From the NCBI GenBank assembly GCA_964388725.1, contig CAYMBR010000005.1, forward strand, positions 3,681-67,680: 64,000 nucleotides of DNA. Direction: 5' to 3'. Under the pieces are notes generated by a model. The model saw only the letters and a list, made by a program, of their open reading frames with translations. It ran no database searches and was not told the origin of the DNA. This DNA comes from an uncultured Sangeribacter sp. (lineage in GTDB: Bacteria; Bacteroidota; Bacteroidia; Bacteroidales; Muribaculaceae). This document shows positions 58,136 to 64,000 of the stretch, in pieces; the first letter of the stretch is position 1, and each line of letters starts with the position of its first letter. The position numbers and the translations under genes are program-made.

Positions 58136-59421
58136 TTATTTGTTTTTGGGTAGAGAGAATCGGAACCCGATGTTGAGATTGAAACTTAAGGGATGCTCGT
58201 TGTAGATAGTTTTAAGAGAGCTTCCGTCGTCAAAATAATAACCAATGCCCGGTTCTATAAAAACGCCACAATTACTTGTAAAATTATACTGTAATCCCAA
58301 TGCGGCATTCACCGAAAACTGGAATGGTCTTTCGTTCGCTCCCTCATAGCTGAATTGTACACCAAACGGAGAGTCACTGCTTATCTTTCCGGCTACGCAC
58401 TTCTCCAGAATCACACCTGCTGATATATAGGCACTCAAATGTTTCCACTCAAATGGAATGTATCTTATGCTAACCGGAATTCCAAGATAGTGTAACTGCT
58501 GAGTGGCTTTGCCATACGAATAAACCCCACCATAATTGATATTGGATTTAAGATATGCGTATGACAATCCCGTTTGCAATGCAAGATAACGGTTTATCTG
58601 CCAGGAAACATCCATACCGACCCTGACAGGCAATTTATGTTCAAAAACGGCCTGTGTCGGTGGTGTGGGAGTTGCAAAACCATCCAGTTTCAAACCGCCC
58701 ATGCTGGTATCCGTGCCGTTGGAGTTGCCATAATCAAGACTTGGAGCGTTGCTGAAATTGAGATTACCGCCATTCCCTGCCGGAATGGCCCCCACAATAC
58801 CTGAAGCGGAGGTGGTTGCACCAACAGAAAAATCACTATAAGCAGCCATAAGCTCATTCTGTATAGGCAAAACTTCCTCAATTTTGTCAAAATTATCCTC
58901 TGACTCAGTCGGGTCTATCAAAATTATCACCAGGCCCTTCTCATCTTCAGAGTCTTCAGCAGTCAAGACCGATACATCGGAGTTGCCAGCACTTATTTCT
59001 TTTGAAATATCATCATCTCGAACATTGTTTTTGATCGATGATGAAGGCTTCTTCTCGGCATTCTCTGACACTTTGGCGAGGATTGGTTCGGAGTCCTTGG
59101 TATTATCACCCGAAGGTACTTCTTTACCAATATCTACACTTGAACCAGATGTTTCTTCAGTTCTGCTAAAATGGGGACATCATCTTCACTTGCAAAAAAT
59201 AAAGTCAGACATACGCCTGTTATCAATGTAATGGCTGCGGCAATGTTGGCAATTCTTTTCCAAATGACGGGTAAAGTTGGTTTCTTCGGTTTGGATTCCG
59301 GGGATGTTTCGGAGGCAACAACAGCCAACTCTTTCTCAATTGACACCCACAGACCATCGGGAGTCTCCATCTCAAAACCGGAGACCCTCTCTCTTATGTC
59401 GTCAAGCCATTTTTCTTTCAT
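58136..59421 (-). pseudogene. Sigma-associated outer-membrane beta-barrel protein split by a frameshift
   Basis: N-terminal part MKEKWLDDIRERVSGFEMETPDGLW + TM (59134-59421); C-terminal part with LHYLGIP and SFNLNIGFRF. The frame changes near 59155. Confidence 0.8.
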
Positions 59422-59979
59422 AACTGCTGCTGTTTTTGATAGATTAATTCCTTCACTCTCTTTGCGAGCATTGCCTTAGCCCTGTGGAATTGTGATGCCA
59501 CACTGTTTTCTTTTATACCGAGGATTGCGGCTATCTCTTTGTGCGGTTTGTCTTCAATCACGTGGAGATTGAAGACAGCCCTGTAGCCTGGTGGTAATTC
59601 CCGAATCAATGATATGATTTCCTTCTGGCTGAGTATGCCTAAATCTGGTTCTTCATCCGGCAGTTCTGCCTCGTGGTTTGAGATGGGGACAAAAGTAAAT
59701 ATCTTTGTCGCGCAAATATTTCAATGCATTGTTGACTGTTATCCTTGTAATCCAGGCTCTCAAACAACCAACACCTTCATATCGGAATGACGGCATGGCT
59801 TTGAAGATGCTTATAAAACTCTCCTGCACCACATCCTTAAGATCATCCTCAGCCGACAAATAGCGGGCGCACACCCCGGTGAGATACCCGGCGTATGCGT
59901 CGTAGAGTTCCCTTGCTCCCCTCTTGTCGTGGTTTGAGAAGAGGTCAACAATCCGCTTTTCCTTGTCGCTGATATCCAT
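59418..59979 (-). pseudogene. ECF RNA polymerase sigma factor split by a frameshift
   Basis: Region 2 (DVVQESF, LRAWITRITVNNAL) and region 4 (LPPGYRAVFNL...HKEIA..LGI...SQFHRAK) lie in different frames; the shift is near 59700. Confidence 0.88.
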
Positions 59980-59986
59980 AAAGGGA

Positions 59987-61303
59987 CTATAGCTTCTTTA
60001 CAGAACCTATGAAGAGAATTGCACCTGTAGTGCGTTCCTGAATCATGAAACCGAAAGGTCTGTCGAACGTAATCTCGCGAAAACCATTGGGCAGATCAGG
60101 TCCAGTACTTCCCCCAAAACCACCAATACTTGAGGCTGCGCCTTCTGTGCCATCTTCATTGACAATCAACTTGGAGACATGGATGAAGCAATTGAGGAAG
60201 AATGGGTCTTGATAATCCACTATATGGGATATTCCGGCTGTTGGTTCACATACCTTGCTGAGTCCCATAGTTTTTAGAATGTCTATGGTATTGCTGTTTT
60301 TTGTTGACGCTTCAAATTTAGGAAGATTGAGAAGAATCATTTCCGATTGGAAATTCTCTTCAAACTCTTTCAAAATGTCCTTTTCAAATACTTCATCAGG
60401 ATTAGTCGCAGGACGATTTGCTTGTATGGAAGGGAGCATCAAAGTCATATAGAAGTTTGCACCATTCTCTCCGAAAGGAAGTCTTATTGCCTCACAACCA
60501 TATTCTGTCTCAGCATATTCATATTTCGTCAGTGAGCGCATGAAATCCACATTGGATTCGGACATATCGGAATTCAGGAAGATACCCTTGTCGGTCAACT
60601 CTTTTTCAAAGGGATATTTCCAGGAGCCTTTGAAATAGGCTGTATTTAGAAATGCTATTGATGAATCAATAGGGGAATCAAGAAAATTATCTATCAACCC
60701 TCGTGTATTTGTCCGCACAAACCGATTTATAGCCTCTTTCCCTTCTTCTCCGGAAGGTCCAAATGGAATATCAACGTTATAGAAATATTTGGAAATAATA
60801 TTGCTGAAATCGGAATAAACAGGAACAAAATCATCCCGCCACAATGAGTTTGTGAAAATACAGGTGGTTTCGTCAAGATTGGGTAGATTTGAGAGAAGGG
60901 TCTGGTAATAGTCGTTGAGGGTTTTCATTCCTGTCTCATCCTTCTCAAATCCAAGGAGTTCCAAAATTTCATCCCGACTTTCTCCGGTGTCGCCATTTGC
61001 TATCATGCCGAGCACATTGCCGACACTGAATGGTGACACACAGACGTTTTCTTTTAAGACTTTGGAATTTGCAAGATAGAAATCCACTGCAAAATCGTTA
61101 GTGCCTGCCACCGATGCTTTGGATATGCCAGTCAAAGGTGCTGAGGCCTCCGATGGCGGAGCAACTGGAACATCGAGGAGATTCTGGATGGGACAGATAC
61201 AGATCACTGGATTGGTAGTCTCCTCATACATCAGATCCTCGCTCGTGCATGCAGCGAACATTAGAATGCCGATTGGGATGATTTTCTTATAGGTGTTGGT
61301 CAT
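59987..61303 (-). CDS. Serpin-family lipoprotein
   Basis: FAAC lipobox, NVCVSPFSV, NTAYFKGSWKYPF, LPKFE, hinge VNEDGTEGAA and FDRPF. Confidence 0.93.
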   Translation of the reverse strand: MTNTYKKIIPIGILMFAACTSEDLMYEETTNPVICICPIQNLLDVPVAPPSEASAPLTGISKASVAGTNDFAVDFYLANSKVLKENVCVSPFSVGNVLGMIANGDTGESRDEILELLGFEKDETGMKTLNDYYQTLLSNLPNLDETTCIFTNSLWRDDFVPVYSDFSNIISKYFYNVDIPFGPSGEEGKEAINRFVRTNTRGLIDNFLDSPIDSSIAFLNTAYFKGSWKYPFEKELTDKGIFLNSDMSESNVDFMRSLTKYEYAETEYGCEAIRLPFGENGANFYMTLMLPSIQANRPATNPDEVFEKDILKEFEENFQSEMILLNLPKFEASTKNSNTIDILKTMGLSKVCEPTAGISHIVDYQDPFFLNCFIHVSKLIVNEDGTEGAASSIGGFGGSTGPDLPNGFREITFDRPFGFMIQERTTGAILFIGSVKKL

Positions 61304-61410
61304 AAGATATGAGTTTTGTGGTTCGTTTTATCTCTAAATCCAACCAACTCCAAAATCTTGCATATGGTCTGAGGAATTATTTTCTCAGATAAAAAAAGTA
61401 TTCCTGAAAA

Positions 61411-61641
61411 CTATGCGATTTTTCCTTTTTTAAGCTCCTCTTCAAGAAATGAATATACATATCCGGCACTTTGGTAATATAGTCCAGTACCAGGATCTCG
61501 CAAAATAGAAAATGTATCTGAATTATACAGTACATTTAAGGCCTCTTGCATACTATATCCCCATTCCTCCATTAATATTTCTACGAGATCAGCGGTTAAT
61601 TCTTCTTGTAAGATATTTATTTGTTCTGGCGTAAGTCTCAT
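61411..61641 (-). CDS. Small DUF3791-like protein
   Basis: EALNVLYNSDTFSILRDPGTGLYYQSAGYVY; translationally coupled to DUF3990. Confidence 0.7.
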   Translation of the reverse strand: MRLTPEQINILQEELTADLVEILMEEWGYSMQEALNVLYNSDTFSILRDPGTGLYYQSAGYVYSFLEEELKKGKIA

Positions 61642-62120
61642 ATCTTTTTCAGTTTAGAAATGGCCAACTCATTAGCAAAAAAATATTGAAAAGTAATTCC
61701 GCGATTATTTTTCAGTTCTTCTACTAATTGTTCAATTGTAAGATATCCTGCTTGGAAACGTCGCAATTGGAATGTGACGCCATCATCAGCAATCGGACCA
61801 TAAACAATATCGTAATTATGACAAGGGTGTTGCAATTTTCTATCTCGATTTTTTAGAACGAACTCAGCCCATTCCACACAATAGTCATTCCAAACTTTAA
61901 CATTCAAATCAGTATCTGTCAGCACTGATTCATCAAACTCAAATACAGTGACAATTGGCGATTCCGCACTTAATTTCTGGCGAACACGCTCCTTTGCCAT
62001 ATCCAGAGCTTGATTATAATCTGCAGAGAGATAAAAGCCTTTTCCGAAGTCTTTGTATGGTTTGGACATGCTTAATTCTATCCTATCTATCGAAACATCT
62101 GAGCCGTGGTATAATTTCAT
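61638..62120 (-). CDS. DUF3990-family protein (predicted ADP-ribosyltransferase-like fold)
   Basis: MKLYHGS, KDFGKGFYLS, WAEFVLKNR, YDIVYGPIADD and QYFF. Confidence 0.85.
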   Translation of the reverse strand: MKLYHGSDVSIDRIELSMSKPYKDFGKGFYLSADYNQALDMAKERVRQKLSAESPIVTVFEFDESVLTDTDLNVKVWNDYCVEWAEFVLKNRDRKLQHPCHNYDIVYGPIADDGVTFQLRRFQAGYLTIEQLVEELKNNRGITFQYFFANELAISKLKKI

Positions 62121-62341
62121 CTTATTTGACCTCCGTTATGTTGACAAATCTCGGTAAGAACTTCCACATTATCCTCGAAAGATTGGGTATGAAGAATATT
62201 ATAAAACTCAGTAAGATGAGACATGCCTTTGAAACGTACAAGATAGTTATACGCTTGTTTTTGGGTGATATCATACGCATTAGCGAATTCTGATATCACG
62301 GCAATAATAAATTTCAATATGTTGGAATCAAGTCTTGTCAT
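62117..62341 (-). CDS. DUF3791-family protein
   Basis: ISEFA...QAYNYL.RFKG..HL.EFYNILHTQSF...ICQHNGG. Confidence 0.8.
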   Translation of the reverse strand: MTRLDSNILKFIIAVISEFANAYDITQKQAYNYLVRFKGMSHLTEFYNILHTQSFEDNVEVLTEICQHNGGQIR

Positions 62342-62363
62342 TGTAGATTCTTTGGATCGCTTG

Positions 62364-62404
62364 CAAATTTACTAAAAATATCAATAAGACGCAAATTTTG
62401 CGTC
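62364..62404 (-). promoter_or_regulatory. Promoter of the DUF3791/DUF3990 operon with a palindrome over the -33 element
   Basis: TAAATTTG at 62364-62371 and TTTG at 62392-62395, inside GACGCAAA-t-TTTGCGTC (62388-62404). Confidence 0.65.
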
Positions 62405-62488
62405 GTATTTTCCGCAAAAGTCTGCACCCAGCGGCAAATTATCCTTTTAACCTTTTAAACCTCAACTTTCGCAAGTGAAAGTTGAATT

Positions 62489-63271
62489 TCAATGTTTGGA
62501 GATGATGAGGATGCTGGCCTCGTAGAGGAGATACATCGGAAGGGAAACGATCAGAAGGGTAAAGACGTCGGAGGTGGGTGTGATTATTGCTGCCACTATC
62601 AGGATTATAACAATGGCATGTTTGCGGTATTTGCGTAAAAACACCGGAGTAATGAAACCCATCTTCGCAAACATCCAGGCCAACACCGGCATCTCGAACA
62701 CAATACCCAATGAGAGGCACATAAGAATAAGAGTGCTCATGTAAGACTGAAGTGAAATCATGTTGTCAACGTCACTTGCCACCTGATATGTGCCTAAAAA
62801 TCGGAATGTCAGAGGGAAAATGATATAATAGCTCACCAATACCCCTATGATGAAAAGTGCATATCCCCAGCCTACAGTGCGGACGGCGTAGTGGCGCTCG
62901 TTGGCATAAAGGGCCGGGGAAACAAACCTATAGAGTTGATAAAGGATGTAAGGCGAGGCACAAAGGATTCCGGCACAGAATGCTGTTTTCATGTGGATAA
63001 TAAACTGCTCGGCAAGTCCCGTGTTAATGAGCTGCACATGAAAACCCACTGCATTCTCCTCTGCAAAGAGGGATGATACCACTTCAAGCCATCGGTAGGT
63101 GATGAAGTCCGGATTGTTGGGAGCAAGGACGATGGCAAACAGTTGCTCCTTGAATATAAACGCAACAATGCCGAAGATGACCGCAACGGCGGCAATCTTC
63201 AGCAAGACACCACGCAAGACATCGAGATGATCCCAAAACGTTTGCGATTCCGGTTCGGGGGGTACGCTCAC
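62489..63271 (-). CDS. tatC: Twin-arginine translocase subunit TatC
   Basis: [32 protein letters not shown] and AAIITPTSD. Confidence 0.95.
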   Translation of the reverse strand: MSVPPEPESQTFWDHLDVLRGVLLKIAAVAVIFGIVAFIFKEQLFAIVLAPNNPDFITYRWLEVVSSLFAEENAVGFHVQLINTGLAEQFIIHMKTAFCAGILCASPYILYQLYRFVSPALYANERHYAVRTVGWGYALFIIGVLVSYYIIFPLTFRFLGTYQVASDVDNMISLQSYMSTLILMCLSLGIVFEMPVLAWMFAKMGFITPVFLRKYRKHAIVIILIVAAIITPTSDVFTLLIVSLPMYLLYEASILIISKH

Positions 63272-63471
63272 TTCTTGTCTTCTGTGTTTTCAAGCGGTTG
63301 GTTGATTTCCTTGTCAACCTCGTTCATCCCCTCCTTGAAAGACTTGACACCCTTGCCAAGGCCCTTCATCAGTTCTGGGATTTTCTTGCCGCCAAAGAAG
63401 AGGAGCACCACGAGGGCAATTAGCAGAATCTCCTGCATTCCAAGCCCACCTATAAATAAAAGCATCTTCAT
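63268..63471 (-). CDS. tatA: Twin-arginine translocase subunit TatA
   Basis: [38 protein letters not shown]; exact start uncertain (63465-63480). Confidence 0.93.
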   Translation of the reverse strand: MKMLLFIGGLGMQEILLIALVVLLFFGGKKIPELMKGLGKGVKSFKEGMNEVDKEINQPLENTEDKK

Positions 63472-63629
63472 ATACATCACTGATTATACCCTAATAACGT
63501 AAAATCCAATGCCTATATTATATAAATGGATATTAACAACTAAGTCAATCAATGTTAATGTGTATATTTTTTGAATGTGTACACACATAGGTACACATTT
63601 TTATGCAATATTTAGTTGCGGATGTGAGG

Positions 63630-63848
63630 GGATTCAAATGAGTGCTTTACTCCCCGGAGCATAATCAGAAATTTCCAACTGAGAAGTCTTGCGCACAACT
63701 TGAACGAGACCCCAACGAGAAACACTCATTCGAACTCAAGATTGACGGAGTAAGTGTTTTTCAGTGGTTCAAAGACATGTTCAACCGACTTCTCAGCAAG
63801 ATGGGATTCCAGCAACCGCAGTCAAAGCAAAGCCGTAGACACGTATAA
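63630..63848 (+). pseudogene. C-terminal remnant of a Bacteroidales MobV/Pre-type mobilization protein
   Basis: GFK*VLYSPEHNQKF.TE...QLERDP...LKIDGVSVFQWFK resembles, from recall, the C-termini of mobilizable-transposon relaxases. In-frame stop at 63639. Confidence 0.65.
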
Positions 63849-63868
63849 CTCACAATTCTGAATACAAT

Positions 63869-63904
63869 CAGCCCGGCGAAAGAAGTGTTTCTCTCGACGG
63901 GCTG
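63869..63904 (+). terminator. Imperfect hairpin after the mob remnant
   Basis: CAGCCCGGCGAAAGAA-gtgt-TTCTCTCGACGGGCTG. Confidence 0.55.
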
Positions 63905-64000
63905 TATTTATTATGTATATTTACATACAAAAACAAAGTGTACGCAAAAACAAATCATTCTTTAGTAGCATCTATTTTTAAGGTATAGATTTTGTTTTCA

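Noticed and set aside
63618-63638. tRNA gene
   Set aside because: Only a degenerate ~20-nt 3'-end-like match with no cloverleaf; kept only as a possible att remnant.

Overview
A 64-kb chromosomal stretch of a Bacteroidales bacterium, probably Muribaculaceae-like. This is inferred from the TAnnTTTG (-7) and TTTG (-33) promoters, GSIII, the TonB receptor and a T9SS-type small protein. The left ~34 kb is mostly housekeeping: recJ-recQ-dinB/umuC-mltF, serC-serA, hemW-alaS, a long RSH with mlaFE, udk-lptB-CPBP-holA, glnA (GSIII), etfBA-acyl-CoA dehydrogenase, nhaA, and a TonB/HMA/PLP-enzyme/PHP operon. From ~34.5 kb the window is more accessory and eroded. It carries gene stubs (dxs, ndh, an OMP C-terminus, mobV) and an XRE-HTH gene behind an 840-bp TTGCA-rich non-coding array. 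It also carries a ~1000-aa Schlafen/AlbA_2-WYL fusion divergent from a TPR/OB-like gene (best candidate for an undescribed defence system), an NrtR-vWA pair with two clear operators, and a triple-SGNH esterase. Near the right end are a serpin-ECF-OMP-lipoprotein-radical SAM operon with four lesions, a DUF3791-DUF3990 triad, tatAC and an integrative-element scar. Short 7-, 9- and 20-bp tandem arrays recur at gene junctions. No rRNA, intact tRNA or CRISPR array was seen. All domain calls come from recognising motifs by eye, not from database searches.
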